DNA of 61,725 nt, the filler included, from Hausera hauseri (Eukaryota): the NCBI GenBank assembly GCA_046269625.1. It is 9 parts of 9 records of this genome, joined end to end, with 100 filler letters (N's around TTAATTAATTAA, not from the genome) between each part and the next. Parts side by side here need not be neighbours in the genome. Positions count along the whole stretch, not along the records: positions 35,245 to 41,603 come from JBJURY010107765.1; positions 41,704 to 50,189 come from JBJURY010626552.1; positions 50,290 to 57,508 come from JBJURY010030226.1; 6 more parts are not named here. One strand, 5' to 3'. The notes beneath the pieces were generated by a model, which was not told the DNA's origin, ran no database searches, and was given only the letters and a program-made list of their open reading frames with translations. Made by a program: the position numbers and the translations under genes. Below are positions 38,158 through 51,420 of this stretch, piece by piece. The stretch's first letter is position 1. The number at the start of each line of letters is the position of its first letter.

Positions 38158-40260
38158 ATGATGACAACCACTACGCGATGTTTTCCAGCCGTGTGGCTTG
38201 TAATGAAAGGTGCTAAGCTGCTTTCGTCATCAAGATTGTTAAGAAATAGTGACGTCCTCTATTGTCTACTTTATACCCTTCAGGAAGAGCATCATAATGT
38301 GAAAGAAAGTATTCATCTTCCCATCACTGAGCTTCTAGAAATATGGACGAAAACTGGAATCCCAACACAACAATTCTACTCCGCAGAAAGAAAACTAGGA
38401 AAGTTGGATGATGAATATCAGCTACTAAAGAAGAACAGAACAAAATGATTGGAAAGCTGCAGGGTTAAAGAACAATCATTCGGTGACGATCACCGGAAGC
38501 TATTTGGTATAGCAACTAAGAATGTAATGGAGATAATGACTAATGATGAGGATAAGCAATTCCTTATCATGCAAAGGATGGACGTTACCACCTGCAGCAT
38601 GGAAGGAGTGGATCTCATACTGTTGCAGAAGGAGGCCAGGACAAGAGCTCATAAGGAAAAGACAGGAAAGACAGGAGTAAGTTGAATGGGTCTATAAGGT
38701 CACAACAGCTCGAAGCACATGATGATGTAGAAAAGGGACTAGGAAGTGCTTCAACCTTATCTGAAGGCAGAAATATGGGCTATGATGACACGGACATGCA
38801 ATTCACAGTTCCAGTTCCATTATCGTTCGATTAATCATAATAAGCCAAAAAGATTAAGTACAAGAGGTCAGCAAAAAATATAATAACAAGCACAGAAGTT
38901 GCTGGTGCTTTTGACAGGGTTAACGTGCCTGATCATGGAGTTATGCTTGTGGTGGCATCAGTAGCCAAGGCTTTGGGATATCCTCTTGACGATCTGACAC
39001 TGTCTCGCAGCACCATAAATGGCCGTACCATGAAAGACCGTACGAAAAAAGGTGGCTGTAGCAGATCAAGACAGTTTTTCTGTATAGGTTCCTCTGCTCC
39101 TACATTGGGATGACAAACTGCTTCCTGACATTGATGGCTCTCATGAAACTGTGAACCGAATTGATGTTATCGTGACTAGTAATGGAACTGAGAAGCTGCT
39201 AGCTGTTCCGGAAATCGGAAAAGGAATTTGTAGTGAACAATTTGCTGCTTGTTTAGAAGTTCTAGATTAGTAGAAATTACGCGTGCATTGCATAGTATGG
39301 TTTTTGATATTACACTGTCAAACACTGGTATTCACGCAGGAGCTTGTGTTCTCATCGAACTAACCCTAGGTGCTCAGCTTGTCAACATTGGCTGTCATCA
39401 CCACATTATGGATTTCATCCTTTGCAGCATCTTCACGACTTTGTCTGGTGAAAAAGGAGGACGTGAAATAAGCCTGTTCAAGATATATCGGAATAAATGT
39501 CATGATATCCAAAAACAGATTACATGCCAGCTGAAGATGAACTCTTCAACTGTGACACTGAAATCCTGACTCAGGAAATGGTGACTTTCTATACCTATGC
39601 CATAACTTGTCAGCAGCTGAGAGATGATAACCTAGAACTGCTTCGACTGTGTTTAGTCTACTTTGATGGAGGCTCAGCCGGAACGCATATACCTTTCCAA
39701 GCCCTTGGTGTGATCCATAATGCAAAATGGATGGCCATGGTCATCTACTCTCTGAAGACTGTTTTGTTTAAAAGCCCATTGACTTTGACTGTCAGAGAGC
39801 GCAAAGGATTGACTGAGCTTCCTTGTCTTCGTTGCACTTGTGTATGGGCGCTTCTGGCATGTGGCTTTAATGGCTTCTCATGTTCCTTTGAATGATGTAC
39901 AGATGCTACAACTTCTTTATACGTATCCAAACCGAACCATTGCTGATGCCGCGTTTACTGCCCCCTCTCGTCATCTGTGGTTTCTCTGAAAACACCTAGT
40001 AGGTCTTGCATTTTTCGATCCTTGAATAGATTCACATGTGGAGAAAGCCATGGCAGCCAACCTTCATCTTCCGAAGACTTAACCGACACTGCATAGGGTC
40101 GATGCCCAACATATCCGTGATGTTGACTTCTACAAATTAGAGACATTCGTGTCAGAAAGAACTAATCGTATTTTCGAATTGTTAAGCACAAGAGGGCTAA
40201 AGGAGTCCAAGCCCTTCTTGTCAATGCATCCAGAGGCATGGGAAGCTGAAGCTGTGTGAG
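38158..40260 (+). mobile_element. Decayed hATm-like transposase
   Basis: LHWDDKLLPD, MVFDITLSNTGIHAGACVLIE..LG....IGCHHHIMD and GVIHNAKWMAMVIYSLK, all frameshifted. Confidence 0.75.
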
Positions 40261-40329
40261 GGAGTGAAAATGCTGAAAGTGATAAACGATTACCGTGCAT
40301 TGAGCAAATGTCGACAGATTTAAATATTC

Positions 40330-41600
40330 TGACTATCAGAAATGCGGAAATTGAAAAGTTCAGTAAAGTGTCAAAATACGCTATACGCTGTAGAAATCCT
40401 ATCAACTTTTACCAGCAAAAAGTGGATTATGTAAAATCTCTCTTTGATGTATTAAAAATGGCAGGCATCAACCTAATCCCTACCAAATGCAGCAAAGATA
40501 AGAAGATAAATACTTTATGGGAAACACTTTTTTACAGTTACAGGAAGTGAATTTGTCAGTGAAAATGAAGGCAGTATTATCTTGACAAGATATTCACTAC
40601 AGTTCATGGAACAGGAAGATTGTAAAATGAAAAACTTACTAAAAGACGAAAAATATTCTGTAATATCTAATGATATGCATTATTTAATTGACGATATATC
40701 AGCGATCTTCAAGAAGCTATTGAAACTGACTTTTCTAAAGGATTTTCTAGATTAAACTTTTAAAACTTTATTAGGCGCGGATTATATAGTAGATTTCGAT
40801 TTTGGCAACAGCATTATGCGCTGCCAACAATTATTGTATCATTCAATTATTCAGTGGAAACGATCTCCCTTTTCAAAAATGCATTTGATTAAAGCATTCA
40901 ACAAGGTCCTCGAATGCCAATCAAATATCGAACTAATGAAACTACTCTCGAATTACCAATATGATTTACCAATGTAAGACTTCCACATAGGTATCAGAAG
41001 TGGGATACCAAAAAACGTTTTTTCTGGAGACACCGTATTTACAGTACATGTCTTTCTTTCGCAACCACGATAGTGCATTGCCGTTGATAGTGATACATGC
41101 AAGGTGGTCAGCCGGATTATTCCTTTTTCTTTTACCACCCAGCTAAATATCTTGAAACACTAAATGGAACTTCAGAAATTTTTGGCGCCAACAATCCATA
41201 CGCAGAATGAAAAAAATTTCTATGGAGTTAAGTGGACCCAATGCTCGACTGGAATACCATTAAGGAAGAAATATCAAACCATTCACAATCCAAAGGTTGA
41301 AGAAACAGATCATAATATAATCCAACCTTTGTGAACAACAGTAAAAAAATCATATGCAATGCTGTCTATCAATTTTGGTACAACATTCAACGAAAAAGCA
41401 TCCTATACTTCTCCCTTATGCACTACGCCGATTCTAATGTCTTCCAATGAATACCAATTACATAGCAATGTAGAACTCAACAAATCCCTGACGGAAGACC
41501 ACCTGATAACGATGTACAACTATGCAACCCAAAACATTAATTGAACAATATCGTTCAATACAATTCTTATGGAAGATGGAAAACGACGTCAGTTTTATAT
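40330..41600. mobile_element. Possible Penelope-like element remnants
   Basis: GIY-YIG-like 'GIPLLIPMWKSYIGKS' on the minus strand at ~40960-41010; otherwise heavily decayed. Confidence 0.25.
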
Positions 41601-41716
41601 TCTNNNNNNNNNNNNNNNNNNNNNNNNNNNNNNNNNNNNNNNNNNNNTTAATTAATTAANNNNNNNNNNNNNNNNNNNNNNNNNNNNNNNNNNNNNNNNN
41701 NNNAGCCAACAGCGAC

Positions 41717-43147
41717 ATGTTTGGTAACTTCGTAGATGGTGACGACCAGAAACGGGACAGACACTCAGCGTTCTACAAAAAAATTGGTTTTTCTAGAGAC
41801 ACAAGCAGTTTCTACAAACGTGGCCCGGCATTCCTGTCTGCATTCTACAAAAGAGGTGCTAATCCCTTGAGTTCATTTTACAAACGCGCACCTTTACATA
41901 ATCAAGTTTCCTTCTACAAGAGGGATTTCACAAAGTCAAAACGCTCGGTAAATAGGCCTAACTTGAGTTCGTTTTACAAGCGCACACCGTACAACAGATT
42001 TGGAGCGTTATTTGATGAAAACACTCAAGACGACGATTCGATAGATTTCGATAAAAAAGGATACAGCCTCAGCTCATTTTACAAACGCGGCCTAGACAAT
42101 GATGTAAGTTCCTTCTACAAACGGGACAGAGACAGAATGTCTTCGTTTTACAAAAGAATACCCGATGATTTCAGTCTGCCTGATCTAGATAACAACTTGC
42201 CAACACGCGATCTTGACGAGGATACGACCGTCGAAAGGATGGCTTCCAGAAAGGGTTTTAATTCATTTTACAAGCGAGCATTGGCTGCTTTTTATAAGAG
42301 AAGTCCTTGGTACAACAACGAAGGAACAAGTTCTTTCTACAGGAAACGTGGACATGACGTGGGAAACAGCGCTTTCTACAAACGAAACTACGACTCGGCG
42401 CCTTTTGCAAGCAGGTATACTTCCGGATTATCCAGTTTCTACAAACGAGGACTAGAAGATAATGGAGATGTTTACGGATTATCTAGCTTTTACAAACGAG
42501 ATTTTGGTAACAGGGGGCTTGGTTATGGGATGTCTGGTTTCTATAAACGAGGCACCGATAGAATATCCAGTTTCTACAAAAGACACTCGGATGACATAGA
42601 CAATGCAGACGAACAAGATTTGGGAGACAGGATATTTAGCCTTGACACTGTCCCCGACATTGATTCTGCCAACGAAGAAAGTTCATCATTCCCAAAAGAA
42701 CTTCACAAGAGAAGCAGCTCTGCTGATACTCAAAGCAAAATTTCACACATAAGAAATCGTCGCAGTACAAGCAGTTTTTACAAAAGGGACTGGAACAATC
42801 AAGACAGTTTCTATAAGCGAAACCCCAAAGGCTCTTCCTTAAACAGTTTTTACAAACGGGCCCCACAGAACTACCAGCTAAGTAGTTTTTACAAGCGAGC
42901 TCCAAAAGACTATTCAGTCAGCGGTTTCTACAAGAGAGTCCCGCATGATTACTCAATCAGCAATTTTTATAAAAGAGCTAGAGATACAGCAAGCAGCTTC
43001 TACAAACGGCGAATGAACGATCTAAGCAAGTTTTATAAAAGAGCACCAAATTATGTAAGCAATTTTTATAAACGATTCGCAAATGATTTAAACTCATTCT
43101 ATAAAAGATACCCCGAAGATCTTCATGGGTTTTATAAAAGATCATGA
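41717..43147 (+). CDS. Multi-copy neuropeptide precursor (28 peptides ending -FY, non-amidated); pedal-peptide/orcokinin-like; N-terminus probably missing
   Basis: 28 FY motifs each followed by KR/KK/RKR, with acidic spacers and no Gly before the dibasic sites. No signal peptide; the ORF starts 13 nt from the contig edge. Confidence 0.9.
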   Translation: MFGNFVDGDDQKRDRHSAFYKKIGFSRDTSSFYKRGPAFLSAFYKRGANPLSSFYKRAPLHNQVSFYKRDFTKSKRSVNRPNLSSFYKRTPYNRFGALFDENTQDDDSIDFDKKGYSLSSFYKRGLDNDVSSFYKRDRDRMSSFYKRIPDDFSLPDLDNNLPTRDLDEDTTVERMASRKGFNSFYKRALAAFYKRSPWYNNEGTSSFYRKRGHDVGNSAFYKRNYDSAPFASRYTSGLSSFYKRGLEDNGDVYGLSSFYKRDFGNRGLGYGMSGFYKRGTDRISSFYKRHSDDIDNADEQDLGDRIFSLDTVPDIDSANEESSSFPKELHKRSSSADTQSKISHIRNRRSTSSFYKRDWNNQDSFYKRNPKGSSLNSFYKRAPQNYQLSSFYKRAPKDYSVSGFYKRVPHDYSISNFYKRARDTASSFYKRRMNDLSKFYKRAPNYVSNFYKRFANDLNSFYKRYPEDLHGFYKRS

Positions 43148-45514
43148 TAACGAATTAGAAGAGGCTTACAAAACGCTAGAAAAAGCAATACTGGAAAAAC
43201 CTGTAATATGCAATCAACTAAAGGAATGGTCCGGATTAATATTGAGACGAGTCAACTAACAGGAGACCGAATAAAAGAGTTCCCAGAAAGTGAACCAATA
43301 GTGAAGCAACAATCGGCAGAAACTTCCCGAAATTTAGACACTGATGGCAGAAGTAGATATTCGAACGCATTTCAATGAATTGAGACAGTTAGAATTTACG
43401 AGTAAAACCGATGAGTTGACTGTCCTAAATGAAATATATAAAATGATCATAGAAACGGACTTTAAGCTGAAGCGAAATTTGACATGCGAACTCTACTCAA
43501 GAATTAGAAGGATTCGCCGAATAGGAGTCCAACATTTAACGGAAAAGCCATTAGACAAGATTACAACGCAAGAACTGAAAATGTTACGGATTTGTTCAGA
43601 TTATGAGAACTCTTGTATATGCGTTAAAGTTTTTGCTAAATCCAACTAATTGGATTCTAGGAATGGATTAATGGCACGCTAAATTAACAGAAATAATGGA
43701 AGACCACCGACTTGTCGTTGAAGAAACCAGCTTCGTAAAGAAATTAATTGCAGAGATCGATCCAGATTATAAAATCTTAGAATAGATAAGTAATTTTGTT
43801 CTATTGTTAGTAGAAATGGCCGAAATGATTGATGAAAAGATGAGACAGCTGCAGATTCGAATACATCAAGTTTGGAAAATGCAAATTCGCACTGATCAGT
43901 GAAAAGCAGCAATAGATGAATTAACCCAAGAATAGGAAATTTGTCGAAATAAATATTCTCTTACGGAGACAGAAATAGCCGACAAATCACAATTTTTTTA
44001 AAAATGGAAAAGAGAAGTAGCCTCTGAATTAACTAATTATCAAGAAAAAGGATTGATCCAGGCCGACGAATTATGCCAGTTGCTAACGTTATTGCATCAA
44101 ACTTGCGGGAATGGACGTTGTTTCCGAACGACACAAAGGGATAAAATGCAACAAAAATTATGCGAACTAAGAGAATCTTTACGTGATACGAACGCAGTCC
44201 GACCAGCGGATATTCCAGCAATCGATTACAGGCAGCCAGAAAATGAAAACGATCCAGAATGGGATGAGTACTTAGATGCAATGGTTGCCGAGAATCCGAA
44301 AACTCCTGTACATTTGTAAGAAATGGGGACGTGACCACAAGATCGGAGGTTCAGTGTGAAGATGCTTCTGGATTTGGCCCAGACTGAAAAAGATTTAATT
44401 AAATTAATTAACGTAAATATCACCGAAAATAAGTTAAGACAGTTAGTTCCTACCATGACTAAATTATCCAGTGAATGTACAATTTATAGCGCCATGCCGA
44501 AACTTTTAATAATGGCATATGCTAAAATCTTAAGGGCTAAACCCAAAGAGATGATTAAAGTAAGGATATCGCCTGAATGGATAGACGAAAAAAAATGCGA
44601 GTTAATTGCACGTTCCTCTGTAAGAGACGTAAAACAGTGGCTAATATGCAATGGTGGCGGAAACGAATCGAATTAGACTCTACTTTAGGTGTAGAATATT
44701 AGACTAACTGGAACACTTAATAGACGTTGGGATTATCCCAGACGAAACAAATCGTATAGTGGCGGTAGTTGCAACTGAGGAAACAAAAGAAGCCGCACGA
44801 AAGGCTAAAACTGATCAGTGTGTAGAGCTTATTAAGGGAGTTTGAGACATAGCAATGTATTTTGAACACTTGCAAACAGATGAAGACAAAGAACAGTACG
44901 AGAAAAATTTAGCACCACCTAGTGAAGCCATATAACATACGGCTAAACGGAAACGTCCTGTCGGTAAACAACATAAAATACGAGAAGACATCGATTATAA
45001 TGGAGATTTGATTAGAGAATTAACACAGATGTTCATACCTGCCTCCAGTGCTGAGAACAAAGAGTTAAATGAACTCACGAAAAATTTAATACGCATAGTA
45101 AATCACTCTAATCTCCGCAGCGATGTACTAGGTGAGAAAGAAAAGGCTGCATATAATGCAGCCAGAACGATGAGAAATTTCCGTTTTAGAATATCAAAAA
45201 GCACTCTAACTGATGATATTCGGATCGAGAAAATTATGGTAGAGAATATTATAAGAGTAAAGAAAAGTATTGCTATATTTGGCCATTAAAACAAATCCCA
45301 CTCGAGAAAACGAAATTAACAGAGCCACTAGCCTAGCGCGGAAAGCCGCCAGAAAATTACCTTGAGATGTAAATTGGTCGAAGCTATTTGAAAAAGAATA
45401 TCAAAATGGGCCCTCTTCTAGCAAGAGTAATAGTAGGTTCGAAGACATGGTACGAAATTTAACCGGAAATAACCGAGGAAACGAGTTCAACTGGCTAATT
45501 AACTTCGTACTGTG

Positions 45515-47310
45515 ATGATGTTAATAAGGCAAATGGAAGCTGTTACAATATATGACTGTGACAAATTCAAACTTGGCCAAAAATTTTATTAATGGATTTA
45601 GAGATGTGCGAAGATGCAAGACCACATAAATTAGAGACAAATGAGAAAAACTACGTACTGTATCAAGAATGCGAGTAAGTCTCAGATAGAATAGAATGCA
45701 TGCTGCGAAGATCTCGGAGTATCTTCCATTGCGAACTAATCCGCGGACACTCGTCCCTAATTAAGCTAACGACCCTACCGATTCCAATGAACTTAGAACG
45801 CCAGTGTTGTAAGCAAGATAGCAAAACAGGTAGACTACAGTGCTGTGGCATGGAACTTGAAATGCAGCAAGGGAAAATAATCATAGCATTTAAAGTAGCA
45901 GCAGATAAACTAGATATGCATAACGGACACTAACGGTGCAGAATATGATACTTGTAAGCGAATAGAATCAAACATTGTGGTTGTGGATGTCTATGAAACC
46001 GAGATGCGAACGCAAAAAGGGATGTTTTATAGTGATACTAAGCTTTGCACGGGAAACCAAAAGTGCCATATTCAAGACGGTACTTGTGCTTTTAGAAGTT
46101 CAGTAGTAACTTGGGAATCTCCAGCCAAGTCCGATTGCAATTTTATCAGAATTAAAGAATTAAAGTTTAATGAAACGACAGGAAAACGGTATGTTAATAG
46201 TATAGATTCTAACTCGTAAACACGAGAAGACGTAGCTGAGCAACCTACACCTACTATATTAATTTCCGATACTCATGGACTAAAATTTGTGAAAAAGGAC
46301 GTACTCACACGATGAGACGCGGTGATGTATGCGACCAACTATGAAGCATTATTTTTAAAAAAACCGAGATAAATGCCAAAACATTCAAGCTCGAGACTCA
46401 ATATATTTGAATTGAGGATTATCTAAAGAATAGAGATGATCTTCTCTTACAAAGGACAAGTCGGAATAACCGAACTATACCACAAAATGATAACGAACGA
46501 CTGTAAATTTGACTTGGAAGTTATGAGAACTAAACTGGCTTTAATATATGTCAACCCCGATTGAGCATCAATGATAATTCCAATGAAGGAAGGTGTTTTT
46601 GGCCTAGTGATGGGAAAAGTTTTACTGACCTATGAATGCGAAAAAAAGACTTGCGCCTAATGTTGAAGAAAAGAGATGCATACAAGAACTTCCGGTATTG
46701 TTTTAAAATATGCCGAGATTAGTGACACCGATTACTAGAATTTTAGAGGCAAACTCTACTAAACCAACAATTTTGAAGGATTGTAAAATGAGTCTAGGCG
46801 AACCTATGTTTAGACGTAACGAAACTGTGTAAGTCTACCAAACGTAGGTATTATTACTCCACCCATGAAACTAACAGTAACAAACTTAGTAAAAGGAATA
46901 ACCGATGACAAATTTCAAGACATTGCAGCCCAAGGTATTTACAAACCAAAGGAAGTTGAAGCATTTAGACAATTTCTTGCTTTTCCACGCCAGCCTACGC
47001 ATGAACTAAACCGAGCTATGCATACGATATTACAAGATACGCGTTATCAAGCGAAATGGGAATCACTACTTGGCGTTAACCATTACCAAAGAGTAACCAC
47101 AGAAATCTTGTATAAAATTTGGAGAAGATTTTTAATTTTTGGACAAGCCGCATCTGGATTTTTAGCAATTTAATTCAACTGATTAAAGCAGTAATTCAAA
47201 CCATCATCAACGGATAAGATATTTACTTTAACAGGATTCTCGTGTAAAAATCTAACGGCTATTATCGCGCCATTTGGTAAATTCCTAAAAGCTTACGAAG
47301 AAAGTAGATG
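45515..47310 (+). pseudogene. env: Chuvirus-like (gB-type, class III) envelope glycoprotein, fragmented
   Basis: Ordered motifs recalled from chuviral G proteins: AVTIYDC; EC.LRRSRSIFHC; C..QDGTC..RSSVVTWESP...C.F; GLVMGKVLLTYEC; CIQELPV...LVTPITRIL; IAAQGIY...FRQFLAFP; W..FLIFGQAASGFLAI...KAVIQTIING. Confidence 0.7.
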
Positions 47311-47759
47311 GGAAGCGGACGTTGAACAACATGTTGGTTACCACAATCGGAAACGTAAATGGAGACATTTAATTACAAACGGAAGGTCATCAACATGAAA
47401 ACGCGAAGAAATGATTCTGATAATGACGAGCCTAAGAGTGGAGGCGCCGTCTCCGAGATAGACACAAAAACTATTCCGTTATAAAACTACCGTTATGCAT
47501 GTTACCGCCACTTGCGCCTGTATATGAAGATTGTGTGAAATAATCTGAGGTCATATCAAATGGATATCTATGGCAAACCGTTCAGCCTTGAGGATCCTTA
47601 TGAAGGAAGAAAACACTAGTGTATTACGCAAAGTACACAAAGCGAAAAGAACATCTGCTCCATATCGTCGTTCAGCAGTTGACGACCACGGAATACTTTA
47701 CTCACTTAGAATACCCAGGTCGAACGAAGTACGATCAACATTTTCAAGAGACAAGGAAA

Positions 47760-49990
47760 TGCAGACTTAGAAACCAAGAAATGCAATCGCCAGTTAGAAG
47801 TCAGGGAACGGAAATCGTCAGTTGCGTAAACAATGAACTGCATCCAAATGGGGAACTAAGACAGTTAATGGATCAGCCATTTGCAGCCACAGAAGTTAGA
47901 ATTAACGGATATAAAGTATCGATGATTCAACATCCCAAAATAGCACCTAATTACTATGGTACGTTAATCGAAGGTAGACCCTTCGCGAAAATTCAGTTAG
48001 AAGATTGGGAAGTCTACGCACTGATAGACACCGGATCCGAAATATCGCTGAAAAAGCATGACTCAATACCACAGTTTTTACGGAAACAATTATATCCACC
48101 TCCAACAACAGATGCAGGAAGTATGGAGCTTTTGGACAGTCATCAAAAAGTAAATATTGATGGAATCCAAAGATTTACATAATGGAACAATCTTTTCACC
48201 ATGAATTTTCAATAATGAAACAGTTAACGGATGATGTAGTATTAGGGTGTGATCTATTATGACAACCACCCTAAGTAGCCATAGACTTCCATGCAGGAAA
48301 ATTAGTAGAACTCGTTCCCACAAAAGGAGTTAAAACTACTAAAGATAGGAAATTAGGAGAAGTATGGATTCCAGTGGACGAAAACCTTCCACCCAAAATT
48401 GAAATATTAATATATGCTCAGATCCGTCAAGATAAAGACCAGCCAGTATATTTTGAACCAAAAGAACCATTAAACCCAAGCATTGAACTCAGTAATGTAT
48501 TAACAAGAGTATCAGCTGGCTGTGTACCAATCAGAATAGCTAATAACGCTCCGATCCCAATCAAATTGTACGCTAATACCACCTTGGTTCATAGGTATAG
48601 AGTATCATCGATAACTCTTGAAGAAAAACCTTACAAATGCGCCAAATTTCCACCTCATGTCGAAACTAAATTCTCATTGGAATCATACTGCCGCTTTTAC
48701 GAACTACTTTGTCGTTATAGCTTAGTCATCTCTAAGGCCGAAGAATGTATTGGTAGAGCTAAAGTCTTGAGATTAAAAATTCCGCTTAAGAAAGAGCCTG
48801 GTTCAAACGATGAAATTGATCCAGCAGATCAAAAGATGCCGAAATGGCATCCTCCTCCGCACTCGTTAAGGCTCGAGATAAGGAAGGAAATTGAACTCAT
48901 GCGTAAGGCTAACATAATTAGACCGAACTATAGATCTTGAATTTCCACCATACTTATGGTTAAAACGAAGGCTACTGCAAAACATCGATTTTCATCGATT
49001 ATCGAGAGTTAAACACTCTTATGATGAAGGATCCCTTCCCACTACCATCAGTAAAAGAAGCCCTGGATAGACTCGCCGGCGCAAAATGGTTTAGCACACG
49101 GGACTTGGAATCTGGATACTGGCAAGTATTAATAGAGGAAGAAGATCGTTATAAAATCGCATTTAAAACACGCGATGATGTATACGAATTTAACGCTATG
49201 CTATTCGGGATAACTACCGGACCAGCCATTTTTACTCGAATGATGAATAAAATTCTGATGGGATTGGAACACGCGTTTGCGTTCTTGGACGACGTAACGA
49301 TCGCATCCAAAACGGAAGAACACTTAATATATCGAGGACACGCTGATGAGAGTGGAGCAAGCAGGACTGAAATTGAATCCTAAATGTAAATGGGCTCAAA
49401 ATGCAGTATCCTATCTTGAACATATAGTTGGAGAAGGAGGATCAAAACAGGATAAATCATTGCTAAACAAAATATAAGATTGTATGGAACCTCAGAACCA
49501 AAAAGAATTAAGACATTGGTCAGGCTTATGTGGTTATTATGCCACTTATTTACCACACAATTCGAAAATTAATGCGCCCTTGTACCGTTTACTTAAAAAG
49601 GGAATTAAATGGAAATGGACCGACGTCGAACAAAAATCTTTCGATGAAATGAAGAAGGTCTTAACTAGCGAACCTGTTTTAAGATATCCTGATTTTAACT
49701 TACCGTTTATAATTAAAACTGACGCCAGCAAAGGAGGCATTGAATACGAGTTAGCTCAGAAACGAACTACAGCATCCAATCGCTTATGGAGGATGTTCGC
49801 TAAAGAAAGTTGAGAAAAACTATTCTGTTACGGAATTAGAAACGCTAGAAGTGAAGGAAGCTCTACTACACTTTAACATTTATGTCTACGGACAAAAGAT
49901 TATAATTGTTACCGACCACAAAGCTGTTACAACCTTAAAAGGTAGAGGAAATATTCCAACATATAGACTCAACAGATGGATCGAGGAGAA
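47760..49990 (+). pseudogene. pol: pol: aspartic protease, RT, RNase H (frameshifted)
   Basis: ALIDTGSE; KDPFPLPSVKEALDRLAGAKWFST.DLESGYWQV; FLDD; PVLRYPDFNLPFIIKTDASKGGI; EKNYSVTELETL; IIIVTDHKA. Confidence 0.9.
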
Positions 49991-50289
49991 GTAGGATGTG
50001 AGGACTTGGCACCAACCCCCCTGTGATGCTTTCTTTAGTTCACATTTAAAATAATACGGTCCAAATGGAGTATTCACGTATAATTTGTATCCTAATTTTG
50101 CAACAATATCAACCATTGTATTATTCCAAAAATTATTATTGTTGCAGACCACAATGCTTATCTGAAAATGACTAGAATCAAATAATTTCNNNNNNNNNNN
50201 NNNNNNNNNNNNNNNNNNNNNNNNNNNNNNNNNTTAATTAATTAANNNNNNNNNNNNNNNNNNNNNNNNNNNNNNNNNNNNNNNNNNNN

Positions 50290-50510
50290 CCTCTGAACAG
50301 GACATAACAGACTCTGCAGCCATGAGTACACAAAATTAAAAATAGGAGAATCTGCCTTATACACGTGTGGACAGTCACCCCAGACTGTGGAACATATCCT
50401 CCAAAACTGCATCCAGTATGGCAGATTGAAGCACACTCACTGGCCAAGAGAAATTTCATTAGAGAAAGCTATATGGCTCCATGATAGAACTTCAGAACAC
50501 TCTGCAGATA
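50290..50510 (+). mobile_element. I-group LINE 3' end remnant (Zn knuckle)
   Basis: TGHNRLCSH...TCGQSPQTVEHILQNC. A second short copy lies at ~56488-56531. Confidence 0.6.
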
Positions 50511-51314
50511 TAGATCAACCTGAACGAAAGAACTATTAACTTCTGTTCATCCCTAGTGTAACACTGGACCGATAGAGTTCATGTCGTTCCATGATGCATA
50601 GATGGCCAAATACATGTCATTGTAAGAAATAAAAAAAACTGAAATCAGACCACAGAATGAGTGTGTTAGGGACACAATTCTTTTTCAACAGGCAGGCCTC
50701 ATTATCAGTATAATGAAATCTTTGATAATATTTTAATGACTTCAGCAACAACTCATGTGTACATAGCAGCAAAAACAACTGTAGCAGTCACATAATGAAG
50801 GATGGATATTCACATACTTCTGGTACTGCAAACGTTAATGGTGAATAATTTATACGGTTATGTCATCACTTGTCTAATTTTTTTCAAAAATAAACCTGAT
50901 TATTTCATTGGATGTTAATCTTAATGGGTATTTTTTCCTACAACACAACAATTTCTCTTATCCCAGGATTCTTTTCTTCTAGAAACATCAACTGACCGTA
51001 CCAGTAAACTCATCAACAAAGACAAAAACTTAAAATGTCAGGCTTTCTATTTTTCTTAAATAGAATGTTGTAAATCTTAACATGCTCACTAAACACAAAA
51101 GATTAGAAAAAAATATTGAAAACAAGTGGTAGCTTTATTCAAAGAACTGATATATAAAAGCAATTCCTAGCAGTATAAAACAATCAGACATTTAACAAAC
51201 AGACACAAGAAAGCAAGGCATTTTCTCTGAGATTTAAGATCACACTTTTATTGTTTCTTTTTTAAAATCAGGAAAGAATAGATGAGAAAACAAAAATTTG
51301 AATCCTTCAGCACC

Positions 51315-51420
51315 TAACCCCTACCCCGTCTACTTCAAAGCTAACCTTTACCTATTCTACTTCAAAGCTAACCCTACCTATTCTACTTCAAAGCTAACCC
51401 CTACCCATTCTACTTCAAAC
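51315..51420. repeat. ~23-bp minisatellite (TCTACTTCAAAGCTAACC..) x4
   Basis: Directly visible. Confidence 0.8.

Larger units (their letters stand above)
43150..50000 (+). mobile_element. Ty3/Gypsy-type retroelement copy 2 (decayed): unknown 5' ORF(s) - class III glycoprotein - protease - RT - RNase H
   Basis: Collinear and homologous with copy 1 from the glycoprotein TM region to the end of RT. No LTR/PBS or integrase is visible before the contig ends. Confidence 0.85.

Noticed and set aside
23404-50189. Integrase-less pararetrovirus interpretation of the retroelement
   Set aside because: Copy 1 is deleted before RNase H and copy 2 breaks just after it near a contig end, so absence of integrase cannot be established.
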